A DNA stretch of 64,000 nucleotides from positions 119,105 to 183,104 of the forward strand of contig CAWGNJ010000005.1 in NCBI GenBank assembly GCA_963823915.1, in the 5' to 3' direction. Position numbers and translations under genes: made by a program. The stretch comes from an uncultured Actinomycetota bacterium (GTDB lineage: Bacteria > Actinomycetota > Acidimicrobiia > Spongiisociales > UBA4744). The notes beneath the pieces are model-generated. The model saw nothing but the letters and a program-made list of their open reading frames with translations. It was not told the origin of the DNA and ran no database searches. This document shows positions 1 through 10,473 of the stretch, one piece after another (position 1 is the first letter of the stretch; each line of letters begins with the position of its first letter).

Positions 1-991
1 GTGCTGAGGTCGGCTTGCCCGCTCTTGGCGGTGGGGACCCGCACCAGAGCCGACTGGTTGTTGCGTGCCCAGGTACATAGACCGGTGCTTCGAAACCCGG
101 CACCAGCCGCTTGTACGAGTTGACCCACTGGTTGGTGACCGCGGTGATCTCCCGGGCATGGACGAGGAGCCCGGCGATGAAGCTCTCCGCCGATCTTGGA
201 AAGCCGGTATCTCACTTCCGGCGTCGTAAAAGGCGTTCGGTCACCTTCGAAGAGGGACAGGTGGAGGTGGAGACCGCTGCCGTCGTGCTGCTCGAGTGGC
301 TTGGGCATGAAGGTGGCATAGATGCCGTGCTCGAGCGCCACTTCTTTGACCGTCAAGCGGGAGGTCATGACGTTGTCCGCCATCGTGAGGGCGTCGGTGT
401 ACCGCAGGTCGATTTCGTGCTGGCTCGGCGACACCTCATGGTGGGAGTACTCGACCGGGATTCCCAGCTGCTCCAAGCGCGTTGATGGTGGTCCGGCGGT
501 ATTCCTGGGCAACATCGAGTGGAGTCAGATCGAAGTACCCGCCCCGGTCAAGTACTTTCGGCTCCGGTGAGGTGTCCTCGAAGTAGAAGTACTCGAGTTC
601 CGGCCCGACGTAGAAGCGTGAAGCCAAGATCGGCTGCTTGCGGCAGGTTGCGCTTCAGCACCCAGCGGGGATCTCCCTCAAATGGTTCGCCATCGGTGGT
701 GAGGATGTCGCAGAACATGCTCGCTGACCTGGCGTGGTCGGGTCGCCAGGGGAGGATCTGGAATGTCGATGGATCCGGGCGGGCAATCATGTCCGCTTCC
801 TGAATCCGGGCAGAAGCCATCGATCGCCGAACCGTCGAACTGTCATTCCTTCCTCGAAGGCGACCTCGAGTTCGGCGGGACTGATCGAAACCGACTTGAG
901 AAACCCCGAGACGTCGGTGAACCACAGGCAAGACGAAACGGATCCCCCGTTCCTCCACGGTGCGCAGCACGTATTCGTCCTGTTTATCCAT
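1..991 (-). CDS. glnA2: Glutamine synthetase type I, GlnA2-like; 5' part only, runs off the window start, frameshifted
   Basis: [40 protein letters not shown] and [12 protein letters not shown] occur across ORF pieces 548..1201 and 436..627; AAGGAG RBS precedes the ATG at 991. Confidence 0.88.
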
Positions 992-1056
992 CCCGGTGAC
1001 CTCCTTGCGTGTTACGGGCAAATCGTACGCCGAGGCGGACTGCTCGAAGAACGCCC

Positions 1057-1083
1057 GAAACACAGCGTTCACATTCCTGCAAC
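1057..1083 (+). promoter_or_regulatory. GlnR-box-like site GAAAC-N6-TTCAC-N6-GCAAC
   Basis: Pentamers spaced by 6 nt between two divergent glnA genes; resembles the actinobacterial GlnR consensus gTnAc-n6-GaAAc. Confidence 0.6.
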
Positions 1084-1144
1084 CGATCCAGTAATCGCCG
1101 ACCGGTAGAAACAGCCCGATACGAATTGCGAGAGAGGACTGCCC

Positions 1145-2580
1145 ATGGCCAAGACTCCGGCCGACGTAATGGAGATGCTCAACGACGGTGTTCGAGTTCA
1201 TCGACCTGCGGTTCTGCGACCTACCCGGTCAGGTGCAGCACTTCACAATCCCGGCCGGCGAGCTGACCGTCGACTGCGTTCGATGAAGGGTTCGGGTTCG
1301 ACGGCTCGTCGATCCGGGGGTTCCAGGAGATCCAGGAATCGGACATGATCCTCAAACCCGATCCCGATACTGCGCTCATCGACCCCTTCATGGAGCACAA
1401 GACGCTGCTGCTCTACTGCTTCGTGCACGACCCGATCACCCATGAGCCCTACGACAAGGATCCCCGCTACGTCGCCAAGAAGGCCGAGCAGTACCTCAAA
1501 GGGACCGGTCATCGCCGACACTTCCTACTGGGGACCGGAGGCGGAGTTCTACATCTTCGATTCGGCCCGTTTCGATCAGAACCAGCACTCCGCGTTCTAC
1601 GAGGTCGATTCGGTCGAGGGCGCCTGGAACACCGGCGCCGAGGAGGAACCGGGACGGAACCTCGCCTACAAGCCCCGCTACAAGGAGGGGTACTTCCCGG
1701 TCCCGCCGACCGACCACTATCAGGATCTGCGCTCGGAGATGACCGCCGATCCTCGATAGAGGCGGGCATCGCCGTCGAAGTCCATCACCACGAAGTGGGC
1801 ACCGCCGGGCAGGCGCGAGATCGACATCCGATTCGACACCCTGCTGCGGACGGCGGACGACGTCACGCTGTTCAAGTACATCGTCAAGAACGTCGCCTGG
1901 CAGTACGGCAAGACGGTCACGTTCATGCCGAAGCCGATCTTCCAGGACAACGGCTCGCGGGATGCACACCCACCAGAGCCTGTGGAAGGAGGGCATCCCG
2001 CTCTTCTACGACGAAACGGGCTACGCCGGGCCTGTCCGATATGGCCCGCTGGTACATCGGTGGACTGCTCAAGCATGCCCCGGCCGTGCTGGCCTTTGCG
2101 GCACCGACCACCAACTCCTACCGGCGGCTGGTGCCCGGGTACGAAGCTCCGGTCAACCTGGTGTACAGCCAGCGAAACCGGTCGGCCGCGGTGCGGATCC
2201 CCGTCTACTCGCAGAAGCCAAGGCTCAAGCGGATCGAGTTCCGCTGCCCGGACCCGTCGGCCAACCCCTATCTGGCGTTTGCCGCCATGCTGATGGCCGG
2301 CCTGGACGGAGTGGAAAACCAGATCGAGCCCCGCCGAACCGGTCGACAAGGACATCTACGACCTGCCGCCGGAGGAGCTGGCCAAGGTGCCGGCCGTGCC
2401 CGGGAGCCTGGAGGAGGCCCTGGCTGCTCTGGAGGCCGATCACGACTTCCTGCTGCAAGGGGGATGTCTTCACTGCGGACCTGATCGAGACATGGATCGA
2501 CTACAAGCGGGCTCACGAGGTCGATGCGATGCGTCTGCCGCCCGCACCCCTACGAGTTCTAGCTGTACTACGACATTTGA
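1145..2580 (+). CDS. glnA: Glutamine synthetase type I (GlnA1/GSI-beta), frameshifted
   Basis: [86 protein letters not shown], adenylylation-type [11 protein letters not shown]; ends LYYDI-TGA at 2580. Confidence 0.95.
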
Positions 2581-2606
2581 GGTAAGGCGCCTTGGGCGCC
2601 TTACCT
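2580..2606 (+). terminator. Perfect 12-bp hairpin directly after the glnA stop
   Basis: AGGTAAGGCGCC-TTG-GGCGCCTTACCT. Confidence 0.7.
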
Positions 2607-2921
2607 GGTTTCAGGTTTCAGGTTTCAGGTTGTGGGGAGCCGAGGGCTCCAAGCTCCAAGCATCAAGCCGGAGCCAATGCGCTGAGCGGATAGCGGTCGG
2701 CGGAAAGCGGCCATCTGACAACCGCCCTCCCCCAAACCCCCTCCCGCCGGCGGGAGGGGGGACCAGAGAGAGTCGTCGGGCGTGTATTGCCTCTCCTGCT
2801 GGCGGGAGAGGCGCGCCGCTGCCGCAGGCGGCGGAGCGGAGAGGGTGGGACGGATGGCATCAAGCTCCAAGCATCAAGCCGGAGCCAATGCGCTGAGCGG
2901 ATAGCGGTCGGCGGAAAGCGG
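2607..2921. repeat. Composite intergenic repeat: (GGTTTCA)3, a 61-bp direct repeat (2650-2710 and 2861-2921), and two REP-like palindromes between the copies
   Basis: CAAGCTCCAAGCATCAAGCCGGAGCC...CGGAAAGCGG occurs twice; CCCCCTCCCGCCGGCGGGAGGGGG within 2725-2761; TGCCTCTCCTGCTGGCGGGAGAGGC...GAGGGTGG at 2788-2848. Confidence 0.85.
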
Positions 2922-2929
2922 AAAGGTTT

Positions 2930-4165
2930 TCAGAACACCTCGGGGCACCAGGGGGCGGGGTGCCAAAAGAACATGGCATCGGCTCGGCGGATGTTTTCGG
3001 GTGAACCGCCCACACGTCCGGCCGCCGCCAGATCGAGGAGACGGACGCCCCCCATGTAGATGGCGCCGAGATCGGAAGCAGAGATCTGCACTTCAGCCGG
3101 AGAAGTGGTGGGCGAGCAGTCTGTTTCGCCCCCGTCGGTCTCCAAGAGATAGGTCCCGGCGTTCGAAGGGCTGAAGTCGTCGCGCACTTCGACGGTCAAT
3201 CGACCCGCCTGGGAGTACCGTCGACCCGCCAGCACGCTCGGGACATCGATCAGGCACATCCACAGTGAATCCGACAACCGGCGGGTGAGGCGGCGCGGGT
3301 CGGTCAGCCTCGAGATCAGCGGATCGTCGATGGGAAGGTTCCAATGGCTGATCTTGCGGATCAGATCGATAGAACCCACATAACGCCAGATAGCGTCGGA
3401 GGCCGCCAGGTCGACAGCCTGCAGATCGGAGATCCGCACCTCACCGTTCGGGAAACCATCGTCGTCCCACTGCTCCTTGGCGCGGTACTGCACATACCCC
3501 CTCGGAACACCGTTCTCTTCGTACACGGCATACCGGTAGCTGGTGGCGCCCGCCCGCCGGGTCTCGGGGTCGCGCATGGTCATGTTCTCCCACCACACCT
3601 CAGACCGGGCAGACATCCCGGGTCGCATCAGGCGGGACTGTTCATAAACGGCAGGCAGCAACCGTTGCGCTTCGTCCAATCCGACCAAGCGAACCCGGCC
3701 GGAACCCAGAGGTGGCCCGTCGAAAGCCACGTAACGCGGGTCGATTTCGGCGTCAACCTTGGTGGCGGCCGCCCCAAACCCGAACCGCCCGTAGATCGAA
3801 CTCTCCGACGCCCAGAGGCCGGCCAGCAGGTCCCCGTTTTCTCGAGCCTCGTCGAGATGAGCTCGCATCATGAGCCGCAGGGCACCCCGGCGGCGGTGGG
3901 TGGTTAGGACCGTGACCATCGTGGTGCCGGCCACCGGGAGCACCGCCCCCGGCACCGTCATATCGAGACTGAAAGCCGCGGCCGTTCCCACCATTTGGTC
4001 ACCATCGAAGGCGCAGATCGTGCGCTCGGTTTCGAGAATCGCCTTGAAAGAATCGGTGCCTTCATCGGTGGGGTCGAAACCGAAAGCCAGCCCCATCAAG
4101 CGACGGAATTCGGGCCGTTCGTCTTCAGTGATGGCGCGAATAATGAAGGTCATAGATCGATTCAT
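2930..4165 (-). CDS. eis: Eis-family GNAT acetyltransferase
   Basis: VTVLTTHRRRGAL and ASESSIYGRFGFG motifs, SCP2-like C-terminus, terminal PWCPEVF. Confidence 0.85.
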   Translation of the reverse strand: MNRSMTFIIRAITEDERPEFRRLMGLAFGFDPTDEGTDSFKAILETERTICAFDGDQMVGTAAAFSLDMTVPGAVLPVAGTTMVTVLTTHRRRGALRLMMRAHLDEARENGDLLAGLWASESSIYGRFGFGAAATKVDAEIDPRYVAFDGPPLGSGRVRLVGLDEAQRLLPAVYEQSRLMRPGMSARSEVWWENMTMRDPETRRAGATSYRYAVYEENGVPRGYVQYRAKEQWDDDGFPNGEVRISDLQAVDLAASDAIWRYVGSIDLIRKISHWNLPIDDPLISRLTDPRRLTRRLSDSLWMCLIDVPSVLAGRRYSQAGRLTVEVRDDFSPSNAGTYLLETDGGETDCSPTTSPAEVQISASDLGAIYMGGVRLLDLAAAGRVGGSPENIRRADAMFFWHPAPWCPEVF

Positions 4166-4180
4166 GTTACGCCGTGCTGT

Positions 4181-4810
4181 CTAGGCGCCCGTTCCGGCCG
4201 TTGCTGCCGCGGCAGCCACTAGGGCTTCGTACGCCGTTGAGAACTCGAGCGAGGCCGCCTGGAACGCGGCGACGGCGTCGCGACGTGGTTGGGCGCTCGG
4301 CCCCTCGAACCCCACCCGGGCGTTCTGGGCCGCGGCTCGCAGTTTGCCGGCGGCGGTAGCCAGATCGGCGTGGATGGTCGCCAGGGTCTCGTAGCCGGCT
4401 GGTGGTGCAGCGATCTCAACTCCGTCGGCGAACACCGAGGCGTTCACTTCGACCTCCCGGAACTCGGCCAGCGCGTCGGTGTAGGTGATGACTCTGGGGT
4501 CGGCGTCTTGCTGAGTGTTGACATCGAGGAGGTCGGCTTCGACGCCGGCCAGTTCTGCCAGGGAACCGGCCATCTTGTCGACGTACGCCTGGACCTCAGC
4601 GGGCACAGTCGGAGCGGTCGACGTCGTAGTTCCGCCGTCGCCGTTGGAGGTCGTAGTCGTAGTTGCCGCTGAGGTGGTAGTCGTTTCGTCCGGTTCGGTG
4701 TCCGGCAGTTGCTGGACGAAGAAATAGGTGAATCCAACCATGCCCACGATGATGAGCGGGAGGATCCACCGGCCTGGCTTGGGATCTGGATTTCGACTGG
4801 TCATTGGCAC
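4181..4810 (-). CDS. Hypothetical membrane-anchored protein with Thr-rich linker
   Basis: N-terminal TM helix (WILPLIIVGMVGFTYFFV), ETTTTSAATTTTT linker, helical C-domain. Confidence 0.75.
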   Translation of the reverse strand: MPMTSRNPDPKPGRWILPLIIVGMVGFTYFFVQQLPDTEPDETTTTSAATTTTTSNGDGGTTTSTAPTVPAEVQAYVDKMAGSLAELAGVEADLLDVNTQQDADPRVITYTDALAEFREVEVNASVFADGVEIAAPPAGYETLATIHADLATAAGKLRAAAQNARVGFEGPSAQPRRDAVAAFQAASLEFSTAYEALVAAAAATAGTGA

Positions 4811-4948
4811 CAGAACGTTAGCGGACCGGAACCGGGTTCCCGGGAATCCGGGCTCGGAACCCCGGCCAACCCTCTTGTAGGCGGCGAATTCTTCGCATAC
4901 GTTTGATCGGGTTCCCGCGCTTCCCGTCGCTCGACAAGGAGAACCAGC

Positions 4949-5847
4949 GTGGATGGGTCACGTTCGGATGGATCAACGGAGCCGGTAGAGGTCTATGAGC
5001 ATATTCCCTGGGCGCAGCTGGCGGTGCCTCCGCCCGACAAGCGACCTTGGGTGGTCTACCTAGCCGCCGGGGCCATCGCGGCGGCGGCGCTCGGTGCTCT
5101 GGTGGTGCGTTCGGTCGGGCCCGCACCGGACCTTCCGGCGGCCGCCGCTCCAGCCCTGGTGACGGCACCCACGGCCACGACCTTGCCCCCTTTACCCGGG
5201 AGGAAGAGGTCCTCACCCACGCGGACCTGCTGGCCGTGACCCCCGGCCGCGGAGAAATGAGCGCGGCGGCCCGGGCCGAGTGGTTCGTGACCGACTACTT
5301 CTCGACGGGTGGGGCTCCCGGAACCCATCAGCTGGTACTCGATGCCCTTCCCGAAGGTGTCGTGGTGCCGGCGGATACCACTTCGGACCTTTCATCGTAT
5401 GTTGAGTGGGTGGCGACGGCCCGGATAGAGGCTATCGGTGATCAGCGGTTTCGATCCACCGTGCTCTTCCGCGTGCTCACCTCCCGCGTAGAGAGCTATT
5501 TGCGGCTGCCGGTGCAGGCAGTCGACGTCGTAGTTGAGGTGGACGGCAGCGGTGCCTCCCGGGTGGTGGATCTGCCAATGCCGGTCGAGATCCCGTCGGG
5601 ACCGCCGGTACCCGCTTGGGAAGAGTCGGTTCTTGAAGTGCCGGACCTGGTTGGCGCGGCAGCGATGCGGGTCGCCGGGTCCTGGGGATCCGAGCCTTTG
5701 TTGATTCACGGCAGTGAGCGAGAAAGCGGCTGGAGAGTGGTTGTCGAGGTCGCCGATGAAGCGGGTATTCGCTGGCCCCTCACCGTCTGGTTGACCGAGC
5801 AGGGGGAACCGGCCTGGAACGAGGCACCGCTGGCCTTCGAGGACTAG
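4949..5847 (+). CDS. Single-pass membrane protein, possibly TcpC-like; frameshift near 5195
   Basis: TM segment WVVYLAAGAIAAAALGALVV in 4949..5239 continues into AARAEWFVTDYFS...VDVVVEVDGSGASRVVDLPMPV in 5047..5847. Confidence 0.55.
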
Positions 5848-6101
5848 CCCCCGAAATGGCTCTGTAGGATCTCCTGCGCAGGCCCGGCGATGACCGCCCA
5901 GTCGGCGTCGGGGGTTTTGGTCAACGTCACGAAATCGGCGGTCATGAAGATGCTCGTAATGCCCGGGATAGACAGAAGCGCACCAGCCAGCGGGTCGTCG
6001 TCTTCCCGGCCGGCCACGAAGGTCTTCGGTCCACCAACGTCGACCCCGACGGTGAACTTGAGTGCGTTGGGGTTGGGTGTGGACTCGATCTGTACCGGCA
6101 T
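5844..6101 (-). CDS. Nfu/NifU N-terminal (scaffold) domain protein
   Basis: IESTPNPNALKF...LLSIPGITSIFMTADFVTLTK is typical of Nfu_N. Confidence 0.88.
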   Translation of the reverse strand: MPVQIESTPNPNALKFTVGVDVGGPKTFVAGREDDDPLAGALLSIPGITSIFMTADFVTLTKTPDADWAVIAGPAQEILQSHFGG

Positions 6102-6143
6102 CTGTCATCCTTTCGACCTGCCGCATCGTAGCGAGACCGCCTG

Positions 6144-8132
6144 ATGTCTTCAGACGGCACCGCGCTGGGAGTGGACGTCGGAGGGACGTTTACCGACCTC
6201 GCATCCTGGGATGGTTCCCGTCTGCAATCCGGCAAGACCTCATCGACTCCCGACCAAAGCGAAGGGGTTCTGTCGGGCGCCGCGGCCCTTCTGGAAAGCG
6301 AGGCGATCGGCTATCTCCTCCATGGGACCACAGTGGCCACCAACGCACTGCTGGAAGGCAAAGGCGCCCGAACTGCCCTGGTGACAACCGCCGGGTTCGT
6401 AGATGTGGTTGAGATTGGGCGGCAAGATCGACCGGCCCTCTACGACTCGATGGTCGACAGACCCACCCCTCTCGCACCTCGGGAGCTCCGTTTTGGAGTT
6501 GCCGGCCGGCTCGACGCATCCGGCCGAGAGATCGAACCGCTGGGCGACCTCGAACAGCTGGCGCAGGACGTTCGAAGCAGCCGCCCGGAGGCCGTGGCCG
6601 TATCCCTTCTCTATGCGTTCGCGGCTTCGACCCATGAGAGAGCGGTGGCGGAGGCGATATCCCATGCTCTGGGCGACGTTCCGATCTCGGTTTCGTCGGA
6701 AGTAGGGGCAGAGTTCCGCGAGTTCGAACGGACCTCAACAACTTTGCTGAACGCCTATCTAGAGCCGGGGACGGGCCGCTACCTGCGCAATCTCAAGAAG
6801 CGGGTAGAGGAGAGCCGGCTTGCAGAAGAGATCCTCGTCATGCGGTCCTCGGGCGGCCTGATGGACGTGATGGCCGCAGCCAGACTCCCGGCCGCGGTGC
6901 TGCTGTCCGGCCCGGCCGGAGGTGTTGTTGCCTCCGCTGAACTGGGGCAGGCGCTGGGGTACGGGCGGTTGGTGAGCTTCGACATGGGGGGCACGTCGAC
7001 CGACGTCTGTCGCATCGAAGGTGGTCGACCGGAGGTTAACTACGAACGGGCCATTGACGGGTATCCCTGCCGGATGCCGGCCGTCGCCGTGCACACGGTG
7101 GGGGCCGGGGGCGGCAGCCTGGCTTGGGTAGATCCGGGAGGCGCCTTGCGGGTCGGACCGGAGAGCGCCGGTGCCCATCCGGGACCGGCTTGTTACGGAC
7201 GCGGGGGTGATCGGCCGACTGTATCCGACGCGGATCTGCTGGCGGGTCGCCTATCAGCGGATACGTTGCTGGCGGGTTCTCTTCGCCTCGACCGGGACGC
7301 CGCCCGACAAGCGCTGGCCGGCCTGGCGACTGAGCTAGGTATGGACGAAAAAGTGGCGGCCTTGGGCGTGATCGACGTTGTGGAAGCTCACATGGAGCGG
7401 GCGGTGCGGACGGTTTCGGTCGAGGAGGGGGCTGATCCCCGTGCCGCGGTCTTGGTGGCGTTTGGCGGCGCCGGTGGCATGCACGCCACCGCTTTGGCCC
7501 GTCGGTTGGAAATGGTCGGGGCCGTGATCCCGCCTTACGCCGGGGTGTTCAGCGCAGTTGGTCTGCTTCTCAGCCCCGCCCGGACCGATGCCGTCCAAGG
7601 CGTATTGCTGTCGGAAGGGGGGCGGCTCGACGAGGTGGTTGCTGAGGTGACGACCCGGGTTCGAGAGCAGATGATCGCTGAGACGGGTCGACCGCCGGTG
7701 GAAGTGCGCAGCCTGGTCGACGTTAGGTATCGCGGCCAGTCCCACGAGACCCAGGTTTCCTATTTGCCCGGTGATGGTTGGGAACTACTTGCCGCCCGAT
7801 TTCATCGATCTCATCAGGAGCGCAACGGCTTTGCTCGACCCGGGGATCCCATCGAGGTGGTCGCGGCGCGGGCGGAAGCCACCGGCCAACCCGCCATGCA
7901 GTGGTCGGATCTCCCCGAGGTGGTGCCGACCGGCGATCCTCGCCGGGGCACTCGGACCGTGCTGACGGCTGAAGGCGCGAGGGAGGCGTCGGTGTGGTGG
8001 CGGTCCGGCCTGCGGGTGGGGACCGAAGTGGTCGGGCCGGCGATCATCGAGGAGGCAGAGGCGACCACCTACCTGGCCCATGGGGAGCGGGCGACCGTCC
8101 ACCCGTCGGGGGCGTTGGAGGTGTCCTGGTGA
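6144..8132 (+). CDS. Hydantoinase A / 5-oxoprolinase family subunit
   Basis: GVDVGGTFTD, HGTTVATNALLE, SGPAGG, DMGGTSTD, HTVGAGGGS, AFGGAGG. Confidence 0.93.
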   Translation: MSSDGTALGVDVGGTFTDLASWDGSRLQSGKTSSTPDQSEGVLSGAAALLESEAIGYLLHGTTVATNALLEGKGARTALVTTAGFVDVVEIGRQDRPALYDSMVDRPTPLAPRELRFGVAGRLDASGREIEPLGDLEQLAQDVRSSRPEAVAVSLLYAFAASTHERAVAEAISHALGDVPISVSSEVGAEFREFERTSTTLLNAYLEPGTGRYLRNLKKRVEESRLAEEILVMRSSGGLMDVMAAARLPAAVLLSGPAGGVVASAELGQALGYGRLVSFDMGGTSTDVCRIEGGRPEVNYERAIDGYPCRMPAVAVHTVGAGGGSLAWVDPGGALRVGPESAGAHPGPACYGRGGDRPTVSDADLLAGRLSADTLLAGSLRLDRDAARQALAGLATELGMDEKVAALGVIDVVEAHMERAVRTVSVEEGADPRAAVLVAFGGAGGMHATALARRLEMVGAVIPPYAGVFSAVGLLLSPARTDAVQGVLLSEGGRLDEVVAEVTTRVREQMIAETGRPPVEVRSLVDVRYRGQSHETQVSYLPGDGWELLAARFHRSHQERNGFARPGDPIEVVAARAEATGQPAMQWSDLPEVVPTGDPRRGTRTVLTAEGAREASVWWRSGLRVGTEVVGPAIIEEAEATTYLAHGERATVHPSGALEVSW

Positions 8133-9667
8133 ACGTGGACTCGATCACGCTCGAGGTGGCCCGCAACGTGTTCGCATCGGTGGCCGACGAAATGGGTGCC
8201 GTGCTGCGCCGGACCGCGTATTCGCCGAACATCAAGGAACGGGCCGACTGCTCGGCTGCAGTCTTTGTCGCCAGCGGTGAGATGCTCGCCCAGGCGGAAC
8301 ACATACCGGTGCACCTCGGCTCAATGCCCGCCTCGGTGGCGGCTGTTCTGGAGAACATAGACCTCGAGCCAGGCGTCCAGTACGCCGTCAACGACCCCTA
8401 TCACGGTGGAACCCATCTCAACGACTTGACGTTGGTTCGGCCGGTGCATCTCGAAGGCCTATTGATCGGGTGGGTGGCCAACCGTGCCCATCACGCAGAT
8501 GTAGGTGGCGAAGCGCCCGGTTCGATGCCGGCCCACGCCGTCACGGTTGATCAGGAAGGTCACGTGGTTGCGCCGGTGGCGGCCGTCCGCGATGGAGAGT
8601 GGTTGGATAACTTCACGGGACCGTTCCTGGCGGCCACCCGGACACCCGCCGAGCGGTTGGGCGATCTATCCGCCCAGCTGGGAGCCAACGAAGTCGGCGC
8701 CAGAAGGCTGATCGGGCTTGCCCGTCGGGAAGGAATCGACGCCCACGTCGAAGTTACCGACGCCCTTCTCTCATATGGAGAGCGGCGAATGACCGCCGCG
8801 CTTGCGGCCCTGCCCGACGGAGCCTTCCGGTTCGAGGACGTGATGGAATGGCGCGGGGAACTGCTGCCGATCGTGGTGAAGGTGTCCATCGAAGGTGGGC
8901 GGCTGGAGGCCGATTTTGCCGGCACCGCCGGTCAGATTGAGGGAAACATCAATGCGGTCGAGGCGGTGACCCGGTCGTGTCTCTACTACGCCGTGCGGGT
9001 GGCCACAGATCCGACTATCCCCACCAACGGCGGGTGTTACCGGCCGCTGTCGTTGTCCGTTCCCCCGGGGTCGTTGGTGGATGCCCGCTCGCCGGCGGCT
9101 GTGGCGGCCGGCAATGTGGAGACCAGTCAGAGAATTGCCGACGTGTTGTTGGGCGCTCTAGCCCAGGCCGCGCCGGATCGGGTCCCGGCCGCCTCCCAGG
9201 GAACCATGAACAATGTGTTGATCGGATCAGACGATTTTGCCTATTACGAGACGCTGGCCGGTGGGCAAGGCGGGCGGCCCGGCAAAGCGGGCCAATCGGG
9301 AATCCACACCGGAATGACCAATACCAAGAACACCCCGATCGAGGCTCTCGAAACCCACTATCCCTTCCGGGTGATTCGCTCCGAACTGCGACGAGGCAGT
9401 GGTGGCACCGGCCGGTATCCGGGTGGTGAAGGGATCGAACGGGAGATCGAGTTCCTGGTCCCGGCGACGGTATCGCTCATGGGAGAGCGCCGGGTGGTGC
9501 CCCCATGGGGTCTGGCCGGTGGGGGGCCGGGAGCTTGCGGAGAGGACTGGCTGGTTCGAAAAGGAGACGCTCCCGAGCGAGTCCCCGGCAAGACCACCTT
9601 CGAGGTAGCACCCGGCGACCGCTTGCTGGTCAAAACCCCGGGAGGGGGAGGCTGGGGAGCCCCCTGA
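8129..9667 (+). CDS. Hydantoinase B / 5-oxoprolinase family subunit
   Basis: RTAYSPNIKERADCSAA, NDPYHGGTHLND, RAHHADVGG, SQGTMNN, NTPIEALE, TPGGGGWG; GTG start overlaps the upstream TGA. Confidence 0.93.
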   Translation: MNVDSITLEVARNVFASVADEMGAVLRRTAYSPNIKERADCSAAVFVASGEMLAQAEHIPVHLGSMPASVAAVLENIDLEPGVQYAVNDPYHGGTHLNDLTLVRPVHLEGLLIGWVANRAHHADVGGEAPGSMPAHAVTVDQEGHVVAPVAAVRDGEWLDNFTGPFLAATRTPAERLGDLSAQLGANEVGARRLIGLARREGIDAHVEVTDALLSYGERRMTAALAALPDGAFRFEDVMEWRGELLPIVVKVSIEGGRLEADFAGTAGQIEGNINAVEAVTRSCLYYAVRVATDPTIPTNGGCYRPLSLSVPPGSLVDARSPAAVAAGNVETSQRIADVLLGALAQAAPDRVPAASQGTMNNVLIGSDDFAYYETLAGGQGGRPGKAGQSGIHTGMTNTKNTPIEALETHYPFRVIRSELRRGSGGTGRYPGGEGIEREIEFLVPATVSLMGERRVVPPWGLAGGGPGACGEDWLVRKGDAPERVPGKTTFEVAPGDRLLVKTPGGGGWGAP

Positions 9668-9782
9668 TGGTTTGGGCGTCAAACCACCACCACCGGCGGT
9701 GCAACATTGACACCAAAACTGGTGTTTGGCCGGTTGACTTCCCAGGACGGCGACCGCATTGTGATCAAGAGGAGGACCTGCC

Positions 9783-10463
9783 ATGCAGCAGTTCGCGGAT
9801 CACGAACATCCCTCGGTTCAGGAGACGGCCAAGCGATTGACAGGAGAGGTCGAGTCGGATCGGGAGGGATTGGAAAGACTGTTCCTATTCGTGCGGGATG
9901 ACATCAAGTTTGGTTTTACCGGTCGCTGGAACGACCTGAAAGCCTCAGAAGTGCTCGAAGTGGGAGTCGGTCACTGCACGACCAAGGCAACCCTCTTGCA
10001 CTCGCTCTGCAAGGTGGCCGGTATCCCGTCACGGGTCCACTTCGCCCTGATCGACGTGCGGATCATGAGCGGGTTCGTACCGAAGTTCGCGTTCGCGACG
10101 ATGCCCAAGTCCATTTCTCATTGCTGGACCGAAGTGGAGATCGACGGAGACTGGAAACGGCTCGACTCCTACATCATCGACGCGCAAGCCTTTGCCGGAT
10201 GCCGGGCGGCTCTACAGGAGAAGGGATGGCGCCAGGGGTTTGGTGTCGCGCCATACGACGGGAAGCTGAGCTGCGACTTCAACCTTGACCAAGAGGGGTT
10301 CGTGCAAATGGGGTCGGTCATTGGGGACCATGGCGTCTGGGACGATCCGGACGAATACTTCTCGTCGGATCGTTACGTGAGCTTCAACGGAATTCAGTTG
10401 CTCGGCTTCAAGATGCTCGTGGGCATGGTCAACCGGAAGATCGAACACCTCCGCTCGATTTGA
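9783..10463 (+). CDS. Transglutaminase-like domain protein
   Basis: Cys-His-Asp triad pattern: GHCTTKATLL, HCWTEV, WKRLDSY; GAGGAGG RBS. Confidence 0.85.
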   Translation: MQQFADHEHPSVQETAKRLTGEVESDREGLERLFLFVRDDIKFGFTGRWNDLKASEVLEVGVGHCTTKATLLHSLCKVAGIPSRVHFALIDVRIMSGFVPKFAFATMPKSISHCWTEVEIDGDWKRLDSYIIDAQAFAGCRAALQEKGWRQGFGVAPYDGKLSCDFNLDQEGFVQMGSVIGDHGVWDDPDEYFSSDRYVSFNGIQLLGFKMLVGMVNRKIEHLRSI

Positions 10464-10473
10464 GTCCGGGTCT

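Noticed and set aside
2650-2921. 61-bp direct repeats as a CRISPR array
   Set aside because: Only two copies, a 150-bp spacer made of REP-like repeats, and no cas genes.
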